Source: Sulfurimonadaceae bacterium (GTDB taxonomy: Bacteria > Campylobacterota > Campylobacteria > Campylobacterales > Sulfurimonadaceae). From it: DNA of 64,000 nt. The notes beneath the pieces are model-generated. The model was not told where the DNA came from, ran no database searches, and worked only from the letters and a program-made list of their open reading frames with translations. Positions 1-11,409 of the stretch are shown piece by piece. Location: positions 76,266 through 140,265 of the forward strand of contig JBFFUI010000002.1 in NCBI GenBank assembly GCA_041571435.1, in the 5' to 3' direction. How positions within the stretch are numbered: the first letter of the stretch is position 1; each line of letters starts with the position of its first letter. The position numbers and the translations under genes are program-made.

Positions 1-1262
1 AGCCCCTGCACAATACGGCCCGGCATCGCACCGATATAGGTACGACGATGACCGCGAAGTTCATTGACATCTTCGAGACCGCCCAAAGCAATACGGATAA
101 GCGGACGCTTCAGAGCCGTAGCGATAGAGTTGGCTAATGAAGTCTTACCCACGCCTGGAGGGCCTGCGAAGCAGAGAATCGCCCCGGCCTGTTTGCCCTC
201 TTTTTTACCGCGAAGTTCCAACAGCTCTTTTACAGAAAAATACTCAGCGATCCGTTCTTTCGGCTTCTTGAGCGAGAAGTGGTCTTTGTCCAACTGCTTT
301 TCCACCTCTAGTATATCCGTCTTCTTCTTTGCAAGGTCGCCAAACGGTATTTCAAGGACCCATTCAAGATAGCTTTGAATCATACCTGCGTCTGCAGAAT
401 CGGGATGCATTCTCGAAAAGCGCTCTAACTGTTTATTGATCTCTTTGTAGACATCTTCGCCCATCTTGGACTTTTTGGCTTCGAGCTTTTTACGGTACTC
501 CTCAATCTCTTCGTCACGTTGATTGTCCGTCCCAAGCTCTTTTTGGATCTGCTTCAGCTGCTCTTTTAAAAAGTACTCTTTATTGACCTTCTCGATACGG
601 TCCTGTACTTTGGAACGGATCTCTTTTTGAAGTTTATTTGCCTCAATCTCACTGACAAGGATGTCGATCAGCATCAGAAAACGCTTCTCTATGTCCGCTT
701 CGATAAAAAGCTTATAGGCCTCATCTTTTTTCATCTTTATAGTGCTGCAGATAAGATCGGCAATACGGTTATGCTCATGGTTCTCTTCGATCGTACGCAA
801 AAGGTCCGGCGGGAAATAGCCGCTGACCTGTGACAGTGTACGCACTTTTTCACGTACCACTTCAATGATGGCATCCATCTTCAATTCGTTTGCCTCAAGC
901 GGCTCTATATTATCTACCGTCGCATGAAGAATCGGTTCTGTCGTCAACGGCGTCACTATACGGCCGCGTGCCAGACCCTGAAAAAGAACTTTGACACGCC
1001 CATCTGGAAGTGCCACCTTACGCATGATCGAGCCTATCACACCTGCATCGTAGATTGCATCAAAGTCACGTTCGCCTTCATGCTCATCTTTCGTGGGACA
1101 GACAATCACCAGTGAATCGTTCTCAATGGCTTCGGTTGCCGCTGCAATATTTTTCTCATCGCTCAAAAACAGCGGTGAGATCATAAAAGGGTATAAAAAG
1201 ATATCATCTTCGGCAATAACGGGTAAATCTGTTGGAAAATTATCATAGCTGTCTAGTTGCAT
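1..1262 (-). CDS. lon: ATP-dependent protease La (Lon), 3' part runs off the window
   Basis: Manual reverse translation from ATG at 1262 ([20 protein letters not shown]...); contains Walker [12 protein letters not shown] and [10 protein letters not shown]. Absent from ORF track because it is truncated. Confidence 0.95.
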   Translation of the reverse strand, partial: MQLDSYDNFPTDLPVIAEDDIFLYPFMISPLFLSDEKNIAAATEAIENDSLVIVCPTKDEHEGERDFDAIYDAGVIGSIMRKVALPDGRVKVLFQGLARGRIVTPLTTEPILHATVDNIEPLEANELKMDAIIEVVREKVRTLSQVSGYFPPDLLRTIEENHEHNRIADLICSTIKMKKDEAYKLFIEADIEKRFLMLIDILVSEIEANKLQKEIRSKVQDRIEKVNKEYFLKEQLKQIQKELGTDNQRDEEIEEYRKKLEAKKSKMGEDVYKEINKQLERFSRMHPDSADAGMIQSYLEWVLEIPFGDLAKKKTDILEVEKQLDKDHFSLKKPKERIAEYFSVKELLELRGKKEGKQAGAILCFAGPPGVGKTSLANSIATALKRPLIRIALGGLEDVNELRGHRRTYIGAMPGRIVQG

Positions 1263-1523
1263 TAAAACTCCTGATTTATATAGTATTCGGTATCTCTATC
1301 TCCCTTTTTGATCAATAAGGATATGAGAGATGTTTTTGTATTTTGTACGAAAGGTGTATTGATACGTTAATAATAGCAAAACACCCTGTAAAACAGTTTG
1401 CATTTTGTATTCTATAGGTTATGACTGAAGTTTACCCGGCTAATAAAAAAGCACAGATAATTTATAATCTAAAATTTAACATCCGTTGGTACCCGGGTTA
1501 AACGCACACTGTGACTCTACTTC

Positions 1524-2264
1524 TTACTCTCTGCTTTCTCTCTCTATGACTTTGACCTGTCCTTGACTGTTACGCGAAACAACACTTTGTGTATCCGGTA
1601 TCATAAACGCGTACCAGCTTTCTGTACCGTCACCTTCAAAGATCTCTTTGTACCAGGCGATATCGGCTTTTTCGACATCATCCCAGTTAACCCAGTCCTC
1701 TCTGCGCACATTACGGTAGTGCTCGGCACCCATAGGTTTGTCAAGGCGTTCATACAAAAGTGCTATGCTCTCATTTAGACTGGCACGAGCCAAGACCAGC
1801 CGCGTCACCATCGTATCTACGATAGGATAATAGATAGAGTGCGGGTACTTTGTCTTAAAATTGTTACCGGCCATAATAGCCTCGTTGATCAGCCCCTGAT
1901 CGCGACGCGGGTTTGGCAGGGCCATATATTTTGCTTTTATTTTGAGATACTCGCTGTACTCCAGTTCACCCGGTGTTGCATAACGCTTGATGTACTCGTT
2001 TAAAAAGTGTTCAGCGAGCAGATACTCTTCATACTGCAGATGTGACTGGGCCATGATCATTGTCGCCTCAGGCAACAGCGGTGAACCGATATGCTCACTC
2101 TGGAGAGAGCTGTAGTAATTGTCTGCTTTGTCAAGATTGCCCTCGGAGACCGACTCGATCATCCGTTTGTACCAATACGCCGCAGGTTTGTTGTACTCTT
2201 CAACATCTTTGCTGCAACCCGTCAGGAAAAGAAGAAATGCTGCCAATAGAAAAATCTGTCTCAT
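1524..2264 (-). CDS. bamD: Outer membrane protein assembly lipoprotein BamD (ComL)
   Basis: Lipobox LTGC, TPR-like helices, RDQ motif; adjacent to lon as in other Campylobacterota. Confidence 0.88.
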   Translation of the reverse strand: MRQIFLLAAFLLFLTGCSKDVEEYNKPAAYWYKRMIESVSEGNLDKADNYYSSLQSEHIGSPLLPEATMIMAQSHLQYEEYLLAEHFLNEYIKRYATPGELEYSEYLKIKAKYMALPNPRRDQGLINEAIMAGNNFKTKYPHSIYYPIVDTMVTRLVLARASLNESIALLYERLDKPMGAEHYRNVRREDWVNWDDVEKADIAWYKEIFEGDGTESWYAFMIPDTQSVVSRNSQGQVKVIERESRE

Positions 2265-2349
2265 ATACTCTCAATACTCAATGATAAAGTCCCTGATCCA
2301 CGTCAGTATCAGGGGCTCTTTTTATTAAAAAACTTATTTTATCGAAGAT

Positions 2350-4233
2350 GTGGTTAATCGAGCGTACTATTGTCATATTATCGCGCTTTTCAATCATTTG
2401 GCGATATACTTAAACAAAAAAAAGGTGACCAGCTTGATAGAGCCAAAAGATCTTGAGAAGTTCAAACGTCTTGGTGTTCAAAGCATAACTGCGCTTGCGA
2501 CTATCGCACCGACTGCTTATGAAGACAAACGCATCCACTCCAAGATGCTCATGGACAAGATGCAGGTTGTCGATGCCACGGTTGAACAGATATCACGCTC
2601 ACCTAAACGTACAGTTGTCACACTTTTTGCCCATAATTTCAACCACCGTATCGAAGCGGTACTTTTCAATCCCAAACCCTATCTTCTCAGGCATTTTGTC
2701 ATTGGCGAACAGAGCTTTTTTTATGGCAAGATCAACTGCAGCAGCGGGCACTGCCAGATGACCCATCCACTCAAGATCGACCAAATAGGCACCATCATCC
2801 CTAAATACAAAACAGCGCTTAGAGCCGATGTTATGCGCCGCCTCATCGAACGCTACATTAACAGTGACAACCTGAGAGCAGAAGGGCTCCCCGATGCTGT
2901 CATCAATATCCTTCTGAGCATTCATTTTCCGTCATCGGAACAGGGGTCGAGACTCTCACCACATCAGGTTCAGGCACTGAAGTTTGCCGAACTCTACGAC
3001 TATATGAAAGTGCTTGGCAACAAAAGGCGCTACTTCCCAGCCCTGCATCAGCTTACCGGGAACTGGCAGGAGTGGGCAGAGCGGCTCCCTTTCACTCTGA
3101 CTAACGAGCAGGTCGATGCTATTGAAGCGATCCAACATGACCTGAGAAAAGAGGTATCGGCCAAGCGTATGGTGGTCGGCGATGTCGGTTCCGGAAAGAC
3201 TATGGTCATCCTGGCTTCGGCACTAATGGCACAGCCTCACCGTGCTATCTTGATGGCACCGACAACCATCCTGGCAAACCAGCTGTTTGAAGAGGCGCAG
3301 AAACATCTGCCTCACCTTAATAGCGTTCTTGTGCAAAACAGTACCAACAATACTCTTGACCTCGCCCAATATGACTTTATCATCGGTACCCATGCCCTGC
3401 TCTATCGCGAACTGCCGCCCAGCGGGCTCATCATGATCGACGAACAACACCGTTTTGGCACCGCACAGCGAAAACTTTTGGAACAACTCCTTACCAAAGG
3501 TGACAAACGGCCCCATTTTATACAGTTCTCGGCGACACCAATACCGCGTACCCAAGCGATGATCGACTCTGCCCATATTGATGTCAGTCTCATAACGCAG
3601 ACCCCATTTGAAAAAGATATCGATACCTCTGTTATCCACAAGAGTGATTTTCCTGAGCTGTTGAAAAAGATAGAAGAGGAGCTCGCATTAAAGCACCAGG
3701 TCCTCATCATCTATCCCCTTGTTGAACAGAGCGATGCTTTGGCCTATCAGAGTATCGATGAGGCACGTACATATTGGGAAAAACGGTTCAGTAATGTCTA
3801 TGTGACCCATGGCAAGGATAAGAACAAAGAAGCAGTGTTGGCTGAATATAGAGAAAGAGGCAATATACTGCTGGCTACGACAGTCGTCGAAGTCGGCATC
3901 TCCCTCCCACAACTTACCACGATCGTCATTGTAGGTGCTGAGCGTCTAGGCCTCTCCACTCTTCATCAACTGCGCGGACGCGTCAGCCGTAATGGTCTCA
4001 AGGGCTACTGCTATCTCTATACCAATATGCCCAAAAGCGAACGTCTTGATGCCTTTGTCAAAACAGACAACGGCTTCGATATCGCGGCACTTGATCTGAA
4101 GTTTAGAAAAAGCGGTGACCTGCTTGTCGGTAAAATACAGAGCGGCGACAAGTTCAGATGGGTAGACATGGGTGAAGATGAAGCTATTGTTCAAAAGGTG
4201 ATGATGACTTTACATACAAGCGAAAGTGCATAA
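2350..4233 (+). CDS. recG: ATP-dependent DNA helicase RecG (true start probably TTG at 2434)
   Basis: GDVGSGKT, DEQHRFG, SATPIPRT, ERLGLSTLHQLRGRV motifs. Confidence 0.95.
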   Translation: MVNRAYYCHIIALFNHLAIYLNKKKVTSLIEPKDLEKFKRLGVQSITALATIAPTAYEDKRIHSKMLMDKMQVVDATVEQISRSPKRTVVTLFAHNFNHRIEAVLFNPKPYLLRHFVIGEQSFFYGKINCSSGHCQMTHPLKIDQIGTIIPKYKTALRADVMRRLIERYINSDNLRAEGLPDAVINILLSIHFPSSEQGSRLSPHQVQALKFAELYDYMKVLGNKRRYFPALHQLTGNWQEWAERLPFTLTNEQVDAIEAIQHDLRKEVSAKRMVVGDVGSGKTMVILASALMAQPHRAILMAPTTILANQLFEEAQKHLPHLNSVLVQNSTNNTLDLAQYDFIIGTHALLYRELPPSGLIMIDEQHRFGTAQRKLLEQLLTKGDKRPHFIQFSATPIPRTQAMIDSAHIDVSLITQTPFEKDIDTSVIHKSDFPELLKKIEEELALKHQVLIIYPLVEQSDALAYQSIDEARTYWEKRFSNVYVTHGKDKNKEAVLAEYRERGNILLATTVVEVGISLPQLTTIVIVGAERLGLSTLHQLRGRVSRNGLKGYCYLYTNMPKSERLDAFVKTDNGFDIAALDLKFRKSGDLLVGKIQSGDKFRWVDMGEDEAIVQKVMMTLHTSESA

Positions 4234-4283
4234 CCTGTTTATCCTGTGCTATAATAATTGTAATCACGCAAAAAGGAAAGTCC

Positions 4284-4817
4284 ATGAATGTCTCAATAAC
4301 CGGTCGCCAGATCGAACTTACCGAATCTATCAAAGAGTATGTCAATGCTTCATTAACTTCGATGGAAAAATACAACCTAGACATTATTTCCGCCAATGTC
4401 GTCATCGCTAAACAAGAGCGTCATCGCGGTATTTCACTTGAATACACCATTAACATTGCAGGAAAGAATACGGTCATCATCAAGCAAAAAGATGACGACC
4501 TCTACGCCGCAGCCGATCTTGCCACGGACCGTGCACAAAAAGCCCTGCGCCGTCTCAGCAGTAAGATCAACGACCACCGCAATGAAACTCTTAACGAAGC
4601 TAAAAACGGTGCCATCAACGTTGACATGCAGAGTGCCAAAGAGGGGGTCGAGGATGAGATCATACCCCACGAGCTGGACCTTTATAAGCCCCGTGAAGTT
4701 GCCGATGTACTCGACGATCTTAAAGAAAGCAACAAACAGTTTGAGATCTTTCTAGATATCGAGGGGAAGACACGCGTACTTTACAAACGTAATGACGGGA
4801 AGTTTGGGCTCTACTAA
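4284..4817 (+). CDS. hpf: Ribosome hibernation factor (long HPF/RaiA)
   Basis: MNVSITGRQIELT, DLYAAAD and C-terminal VLYKRNDGKFGL; TGCTATAAT extended -10 upstream. Confidence 0.9.
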   Translation: MNVSITGRQIELTESIKEYVNASLTSMEKYNLDIISANVVIAKQERHRGISLEYTINIAGKNTVIIKQKDDDLYAAADLATDRAQKALRRLSSKINDHRNETLNEAKNGAINVDMQSAKEGVEDEIIPHELDLYKPREVADVLDDLKESNKQFEIFLDIEGKTRVLYKRNDGKFGLY

Positions 4818-4886
4818 GCGTTAATGAGGACGGATTACACGATTAGTCGTGCATCCTGATATATCTTTACAGAGGGTTGAATCGTT

Positions 4887-5357
4887 TTACAGTTTTTGCA
4901 GTGTTCTACGGTGATAACGGATCGGTTCACTTAAGTTCAGACTTGCATTATCGGAAACGTACACATCGATCAGCATTGAACCGTTGGATTCAGGCGTTAG
5001 GATATTTGGTATATAGACAGCGCAATCTCCTCCTGCAGTGGCCAGTGGCCCAAAACCTATATACTGAACGGTAACATTGATATCAAATATCGGGTTTACG
5101 GCATCAGGGTAAACAGCCGTAAAACCGTTCATACAGTCTCCTCCAGAACGGTCAAACCCTGAAACCCGTAATAATGCATATTCTACAGCACTTTTGGCAA
5201 GCAGTTGTGCCTGCTCATTCACATAGACATTGGTTGTACGTTTTGCGGTCTCGGTTGTCGATGACAACATATATGATAGCAGTGTAGCGATCAGAATCAT
5301 GAAGAAGATCGCCATGATCATGGCAAAGCCATTACGTTTAGGTTGATAAGTTCGCAT
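4887..5357 (-). CDS. Minor pilin, PilX/MshP-like
   Basis: N-terminal KRNG|FAMIMAIFFMILI hydrophobic segment lacking E5, then QAQLLAKSAVEYA; last gene of the pilin cluster. Confidence 0.65.
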   Translation of the reverse strand: MRTYQPKRNGFAMIMAIFFMILIATLLSYMLSSTTETAKRTTNVYVNEQAQLLAKSAVEYALLRVSGFDRSGGDCMNGFTAVYPDAVNPIFDINVTVQYIGFGPLATAGGDCAVYIPNILTPESNGSMLIDVYVSDNASLNLSEPIRYHRRTLQKL

Positions 5358-6202
5358 TAGAACACCACCTTTTCTTTACAGATAGAGTATTCACCGACAC
5401 CGGTCACGTTGTTGTCACCTACACAGACCTGAATAATCATTATATCACCCATAGGCGTAAATTTAAAGCTGGTAACATCGTCTGAGATGAGCGATTGGGT
5501 TCTCTCGCTCGGGACACTGATCTGATCTCCAGACCAAGGTTGATAGTCATGATAAAGAAAGAGATTTCGCCCTTCCAGGCTCACAGCATATGCTGTTTTG
5601 GCAAGTTGATAATATTCATAAACATCGACGTTCGTAAAGTTACCATCAGTCGTAGTTAAAATATTAGCTGTCGTAATAGTAATCGGATGCATCGCGACAC
5701 CGACTTGTGTTCCAATATCAGTACCGTCCCAACCAAAGGCGCTACTGTTAAGGTCGACATTACTACCAATAAAGAAAATTGCCATGTCATCTGCTGATGT
5801 ACTTGTACCTTGACTGACCAATGCCGTTGGAGTAGATGCTGTCAAATCTATAAAACCACTCCATTCAGGTAATGTGGAGCCAGCGGTAGAACCACGCCAT
5901 CCATCAACATCCATGCTGATCCACTCTAAAACATTTCTGGTCGCACTAGTTGCATCAGCGATTGGTATAATAATGTTACTGCCGACATTCGTTCGCGAAA
6001 TAGTTGAATCTTTGATGCGATACTGCAAACGGTTGGCAATCAGTTTTACTGCTGATTCACTCTGGTTTTCCAGACGATTAAAGGTGTTGGAGTAGACATA
6101 ATTCTCATATATCTTATATAAAAGATCCGCTCCGAATTTGGACAATATTCCAAAGATAACAATAACAAAGACGAGTTCGAGTAGTGTAAATCCCTTACGC
6201 AT
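5357..6202 (-). CDS. Prepilin-type N-terminal cleavage/methylation protein (MshO/PilW-like)
   Basis: MRKG|FTLLELVFVIVI class III signal peptide. Confidence 0.8.
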   Translation of the reverse strand: MRKGFTLLELVFVIVIFGILSKFGADLLYKIYENYVYSNTFNRLENQSESAVKLIANRLQYRIKDSTISRTNVGSNIIIPIADATSATRNVLEWISMDVDGWRGSTAGSTLPEWSGFIDLTASTPTALVSQGTSTSADDMAIFFIGSNVDLNSSAFGWDGTDIGTQVGVAMHPITITTANILTTTDGNFTNVDVYEYYQLAKTAYAVSLEGRNLFLYHDYQPWSGDQISVPSERTQSLISDDVTSFKFTPMGDIMIIQVCVGDNNVTGVGEYSICKEKVVF

Positions 6203-6894
6203 TAAAATCTCCTCTTGGCAAAGTCAATCTCACCGATGTTACAGGTATAAGCCCGTAATCTTGCGATGACCTCATTGACACCATCTACCGTTGCGTTGAT
6301 TTCAACCTGTGTCATCTTCATATTGCTTTGCACTCCCGGTGCCCCTGCCGTAAAGACGAATGGGGTCGCAAAAGTGTCCGGTACATACTGTCTTTTTGCT
6401 GTAATAGTAAAACTTCTTTTATATCCAGCACTGTCAGCAATAGAATTACTGATATCATGAGCCAAGGTTGTCACCGCATTGTCAGGTAATGCCGGATAGT
6501 GCGAAGGATCTGTGGCATTATATTCAAAAAAGCTTCGGTGCAGATCCTCATTGAGGCCTCCAACGCGAATCGAACTGTTGACATCGGTTCGTCCATAGGT
6601 AGATCCTACTGCCCCGACATCAAGTATTTTACTTAATGACACTGCCGTAGCTGTCCCTTCCAAGGAGTTATCATCCCAAATGAGTGTCGTTGTCTCTGAC
6701 AAAACAGCCGACACCAGGAAGATCGCTTCTTGCGCGGCACTAACTTCTAGTGCTTTGTTGTTGACCTGTATCATCATCGGTATTGTCAGCATGACAACAG
6801 CAATAACGACAATGGCGAAAATAAGTTCAATCATTGTAAACGCACGTCGCATCAAACGTCGGGCGTTATTTGCTAGAGTTCGACCTCTTACCAT
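6202..6894 (-). CDS. Prepilin-type minor pilin (MshD/PilV-like)
   Basis: RRA|FTMIELIFAIVVI class III signal peptide. Confidence 0.8.
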   Translation of the reverse strand: MVRGRTLANNARRLMRRAFTMIELIFAIVVIAVVMLTIPMMIQVNNKALEVSAAQEAIFLVSAVLSETTTLIWDDNSLEGTATAVSLSKILDVGAVGSTYGRTDVNSSIRVGGLNEDLHRSFFEYNATDPSHYPALPDNAVTTLAHDISNSIADSAGYKRSFTITAKRQYVPDTFATPFVFTAGAPGVQSNMKMTQVEINATVDGVNEVIARLRAYTCNIGEIDFAKRRF

Positions 6895-9800
6895 CGAATT
6901 CTCCTGTTAGTGTTTCTGTTTTTCTTACCGGAGCTATCTTTCACAGACTCCGCCGCACCCGTATCGCTCGACCAGGATCCCGGTCCATAATATTCAAGTT
7001 CACCACGTATCTCAGTCGCAGGGTCCGGTTTATATTTATCATATATCAACCATGATTGTGTCCCTGCAGTTAAACTGCTTGGCACTGTTACGGTACCTTT
7101 ATACGGGAACCCTTTTGAACCATCATAGCTATAAGAAGCCGACGTCGTCTGTGTGCTATGTGTAAAGACTGGGGTAATACCACCATCCGGAATATTTTGT
7201 GTAGAAAAGGTCACATTACCGTCAGTAGCCGTATTGTGCAAGGTATTGCGATACCAGTTTACGCTGTCAACACTTCGTTTAGGCGATGTTCCCAACAGAT
7301 CAGTGATCAATGTCTGATTATAATCTGCAGCACCCTTGTCGCCATAGAACTCATAGAAGAACGTTACGTTGCCGGCACATGGTGCACCGGTACACATGGC
7401 ACGCGTACGCGGCATATGGCTACGCCCGTACACGAAAGTAAGGTTCTCATCATCACTGTCTGTACCGGCAATGTTTGCCGTACCTTCAGGTGCAGTTCCC
7501 GTATAATTGGAATTAACATCTACGATGACGTCACTGCCAAAAACTCTGAACGGGTTTACCGGCTTATTGGTTTGACGAATATAATTGAACCAGAATGCCA
7601 ATGTTTCGTTGCTCTCGTTCCAATTCAAATCTCTATAACCATCAGTAAAACCGATAAGTTTTGCAGTACTGATCTCATGTTCGATCGTAGGCAATCCTGC
7701 CGGAGTCGGCACTGTCATCAATACGGTCACATTATGTTCATATCCAAATAGAGGGACATCTGTGAAGTTGACTGTCGTTGCATTATTTTCATTTTCTGCC
7801 CATATCTGTACATGCATATGTGGCGTCATATTCGCATCATTAGAGAGGTAGGTAAATCCGTTGCTGCTATTATTAAGATCCACTATCACCTTGAAATGGT
7901 CCGGTATAAACATTACATCAACATTTCCACACACATAAGCACCATCAGGATTACATGTCATCGGTGTATCGTCAAAATCCACCTCTGACCAGTTTGCATC
8001 GACCAGATCGATCGTAATATGTCCCACTTCATTATAATTGTAGACTGCAGGTGTCACAGTCACTCCATTTACGAAGTTTCCACCACCACTTAAATTTCCA
8101 GTCGTCGAACCAGCCAAAGTGTTGTGGATTACGCCGTCTGAACCATACTTGGTAACATTGTCATCAAGGTTGGCAATAGACTGATCATAACTCGATGTAT
8201 TTTCATCAATGTAGTCATACGCAACAATCGTGATGTTATAATCCTTACCTGCTCGCAACAGATCGGGGTAGCTTATTTCTGACGAACTGATATCATAGCG
8301 GTCAGGTCGAACGGCGAAATTGTCTTTTGACAGTGCTTGTATCTCAGGACCAACTAGACACGAGAGACATGCGGGTTCACTATCAAAAGGCGCAATATAC
8401 GGGAAGCCGGAGTTACCGGCATTTGAGCTACATGGGCCATATGGTTGGCCGTTGCTGGCAGTCCATATATTCAGACAAGTGTCTGCAGTATTGATAAAGA
8501 CCTCTTCGAGCCTTGACTCACTGTTGAAACATGCTGATATTTCTGCCAGGTTACCGTTTTTACTCGCGCGCAAGATACACTGCTCTTCCTGTGCTGACAA
8601 TGTAGAGCTTAAGATGTTATACCGGGCTGCGATCTTGGCATCGCGTGACGCTTTTGGTATTGTAAACGACCCTGTCGATGATGTCGCAACGACATTTTTT
8701 GATGTCTTGTCTATCTGTGCAGTGACCAGTGTACCGTCAGGATATTTCAGAGGCGACAGCTTAGAATATAACCCTGTAGCAGGATCGATTTCCGCCAGTT
8801 CCAAGATCATTGCAAACGGCGTTCCGTCAAAATCTTCCGGTGCGCCGTCCGGGTTCTCTCCCAAATAGACGATATCAACTGCCAATGGTTTTTCCGTCAC
8901 CTTAGTTGTGATAACAGAAGCCGCCCCATTATCATAAGTTGCCTCATCAAAGTTATCAAGCACGTCTACTTTTCCAAATGTCACAGCTCCAGAATCTGAA
9001 GGGTAGCTGGCACTACAAGGCGGAATCTCACCGTTAAAAACCAGACCGTCTCGCATATAACTTCCGTATAAGCTCACGCTGCTCACTCCGCTAGCATCCG
9101 TATCTATATCTGTGGCCAGTATGCTTCTAAAAGGGTTCAAAATCGTCGCGTTATATTCATAACCGTTGGATGTTCCATCTGAGAATGGGCCACAGTCTGC
9201 GTTTGAATCACAAGTCCCTAATGTCGTAGGAGGTGTATACACTTTTTTGACATTAACATAATAGACCACTTTAAGTGGGTTTTGATTACCGACACTCACG
9301 AATGAAGTACAATTGGAACCAAGATAGAAGCTGTCTATAGCCGTACAGTTTTGGCTCCCCTGATCATCAAAACCTGAGTCATAATAACAGAGGTCGTCTG
9401 CCGTTGCGGTATCGACAAACTCGGTCGCTATACTGGAGATGTTGTTAAGGATATCACCATCGTTGCTGCTTTCAACATAAGCACTGTTGGTCACATAAGT
9501 ATGCGTGGACGGTCCGGTCACTTCTATTGTGATCGTGTCGGTGGCACCGCTTGCAAAATCACCAGTGTAGGCACAACTTAGATTTCGATCGGCAGTGACA
9601 TAACTACAATTCCACCCTGCGGGTGCGGTGTAGCCTATATATGTCACACTCGACGAAACGATATCCCAGACGACGACATCGGTAGCAGCCTCCGCACCTT
9701 GGTTTGTTACATCGATAGTATAATTGATGTCAGTACTGACCTGTTTGATCTTCGGTGCATCTTTTACCACCGTCATATCTGAAATCGTACTGAGCAGTGT

Positions 9801-10559
9801 TAACGTTGCTACAGAAGGGTCGATGTAACACTCACTGTTGTCACACTGGACTGATGAGAGGTTGACATCGAATGTGTCCCCCGGAGTTGTCAGGTTTGTA
9901 GGGACGTTGACCGTGATCGTCTCAGTCGTATTACATTCCGTATTAAACTGTACTGTACCCGTATCACTGAAATTAGCATCGTTGATGAACGTCACCGTAA
10001 TGTCGTTCTCATATGGACAACGTGTGATATTGACATTCAAATCGACTGTCGGCGTACCCAGTTTAATGTTTTTTGTTTCTGGGGAGATAGAGATTCTTGG
10101 AATAGTCTCCGGGACCAGTGTGACGTTCAAGTCAAAAGGCACTGCTGTCGCACTAGTGTCCGCGCCGACGAGCACATAAAGCGTATCGCCATTGATATAG
10201 ACTTCGAAGCCATAGGTCGTTGACGTGGGCAGTGTCGGTAGTGTGGTCCTGTCTGCTGCAAGTACCACATCTGCATCTGTCCCGGCATTAAAGCTTACGT
10301 AGACCAGACCTGTCTCTGTCAGGTTAAACGTATATGCTTCGTACTTGCTTTTTGTCACTGACCCGGTCAATGACGTCTGCTGTGTAGCCCCAACAAATAC
10401 CCCTGTGCTGTTAAGATCGAAAGGGCCGTTCAGGTTGACTAGGGCGGCAGCCATAAGGGCTGCAGGTGTTATCAGCGATACTGTAAAGAACAATACCATG
10501 CTTTTAAATCTGTTTATCATCTGTATCAATAAAATGAAAAATCTACTAAAAACTTCCAT
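6888..10559 (-). CDS. Large secreted adhesin, MshQ-like, with DUF11-type Ig domain
   Basis: 1223 aa, signal peptide, Thr/Ser/Asn-rich beta domains, DUF11-like DMTVVK..INYTIDVTNQG..ATDVVVWD, C-terminal FIPDHF...FVYGR...WLIYD region; overlaps first minor pilin. Confidence 0.65.
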   Translation of the reverse strand: MEVFSRFFILLIQMINRFKSMVLFFTVSLITPAALMAAALVNLNGPFDLNSTGVFVGATQQTSLTGSVTKSKYEAYTFNLTETGLVYVSFNAGTDADVVLAADRTTLPTLPTSTTYGFEVYINGDTLYVLVGADTSATAVPFDLNVTLVPETIPRISISPETKNIKLGTPTVDLNVNITRCPYENDITVTFINDANFSDTGTVQFNTECNTTETITVNVPTNLTTPGDTFDVNLSSVQCDNSECYIDPSVATLTLLSTISDMTVVKDAPKIKQVSTDINYTIDVTNQGAEAATDVVVWDIVSSSVTYIGYTAPAGWNCSYVTADRNLSCAYTGDFASGATDTITIEVTGPSTHTYVTNSAYVESSNDGDILNNISSIATEFVDTATADDLCYYDSGFDDQGSQNCTAIDSFYLGSNCTSFVSVGNQNPLKVVYYVNVKKVYTPPTTLGTCDSNADCGPFSDGTSNGYEYNATILNPFRSILATDIDTDASGVSSVSLYGSYMRDGLVFNGEIPPCSASYPSDSGAVTFGKVDVLDNFDEATYDNGAASVITTKVTEKPLAVDIVYLGENPDGAPEDFDGTPFAMILELAEIDPATGLYSKLSPLKYPDGTLVTAQIDKTSKNVVATSSTGSFTIPKASRDAKIAARYNILSSTLSAQEEQCILRASKNGNLAEISACFNSESRLEEVFINTADTCLNIWTASNGQPYGPCSSNAGNSGFPYIAPFDSEPACLSCLVGPEIQALSKDNFAVRPDRYDISSSEISYPDLLRAGKDYNITIVAYDYIDENTSSYDQSIANLDDNVTKYGSDGVIHNTLAGSTTGNLSGGGNFVNGVTVTPAVYNYNEVGHITIDLVDANWSEVDFDDTPMTCNPDGAYVCGNVDVMFIPDHFKVIVDLNNSSNGFTYLSNDANMTPHMHVQIWAENENNATTVNFTDVPLFGYEHNVTVLMTVPTPAGLPTIEHEISTAKLIGFTDGYRDLNWNESNETLAFWFNYIRQTNKPVNPFRVFGSDVIVDVNSNYTGTAPEGTANIAGTDSDDENLTFVYGRSHMPRTRAMCTGAPCAGNVTFFYEFYGDKGAADYNQTLITDLLGTSPKRSVDSVNWYRNTLHNTATDGNVTFSTQNIPDGGITPVFTHSTQTTSASYSYDGSKGFPYKGTVTVPSSLTAGTQSWLIYDKYKPDPATEIRGELEYYGPGSWSSDTGAAESVKDSSGKKNRNTNRRIRW

Positions 10560-10794
10560 TTTTTCTCCCCTTATTTAAGGTATATTGCATTTTTTCTATT
10601 GACAACTCTGCCAATTTTTCAGTATATGATATTTTATATTGGTTTACACTTAAATTTTATATATAAAAGCCTTATCATACGGAGATATTAAAAAAATATT
10701 TGCACATGTAGATAAAAATAAATATTGCTATATTTAGCTGGGGATTTAGTAGTATTTTACACAGTAGAGACTTCTACTGTGTAGGAAGAGACGA

Positions 10795-11409
10795 TTAATA
10801 TTCGCCTGTAAATTTGAAGACGATCGAACCGTATGCTTCGTACATATTGTCAATAGTGTAGGTGTCATTATCTGAGAAGACATGTTTTGCGCGCACACCA
10901 AGTTCAATACCCAGGTTGTCGATGAGATCGATGTTTGCACCCACTTGGGCACCACCATAACCGTTTTGGTTTGTTTCACTATACGTTGTTCCTGTTGAGT
11001 CATCCTCGAATGTTGAAACGATACCACCACCGTTAAGACCCATGAAAATATTGAAATGCTCACCGGCACGGATCAGGTAGTCGACCTGCAGACCCAGTGA
11101 CATCGCTGTTGATGCAGTTGTATTTGGCGCATCAAGCTGGTAGTATGTACCGGCCAGAAACAGTCTGTAGTGTTTTGACTCGCCCCCCAGTTTCACTGAC
11201 GCTGAAGCAGCAGCTGATGTCTCATCTACAGCGAGAATCGTCGTACCCGGAGTCGTCGTCGTGTCTCTATAGGAAAGGTCTGCAGAACCTGCAGCACCCT
11301 CAATCGCGATCAAACCTTTTGCATCCCACTCGTTAGCAAAATAATTTTCACCAGCACTTGCATTAACAGCCGCAAGCAAAATCGCTGAACTTAAGACTTT
11401 TTTCAACAT
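10795..11409 (-). CDS. Outer membrane beta-barrel protein
   Basis: Signal peptide, amphipathic beta strands, aromatic C-terminal strand YGSIVFKF. Confidence 0.7.
   Translation of the reverse strand: MLKKVLSSAILLAAVNASAGENYFANEWDAKGLIAIEGAAGSADLSYRDTTTTPGTTILAVDETSAAASASVKLGGESKHYRLFLAGTYYQLDAPNTTASTAMSLGLQVDYLIRAGEHFNIFMGLNGGGIVSTFEDDSTGTTYSETNQNGYGGAQVGANIDLIDNLGIELGVRAKHVFSDNDTYTIDNMYEAYGSIVFKFTGEY

Noticed and set aside
7158-8868. Long plus-strand ORFs (197 aa, 182 aa) inside the adhesin gene
   Set aside because: Antisense shadows with no recognisable motifs; the same applies to most short overlapping ORFs in the track (e.g. 13635-14240, 17889-18518, 46642-47238, 54914-55531).
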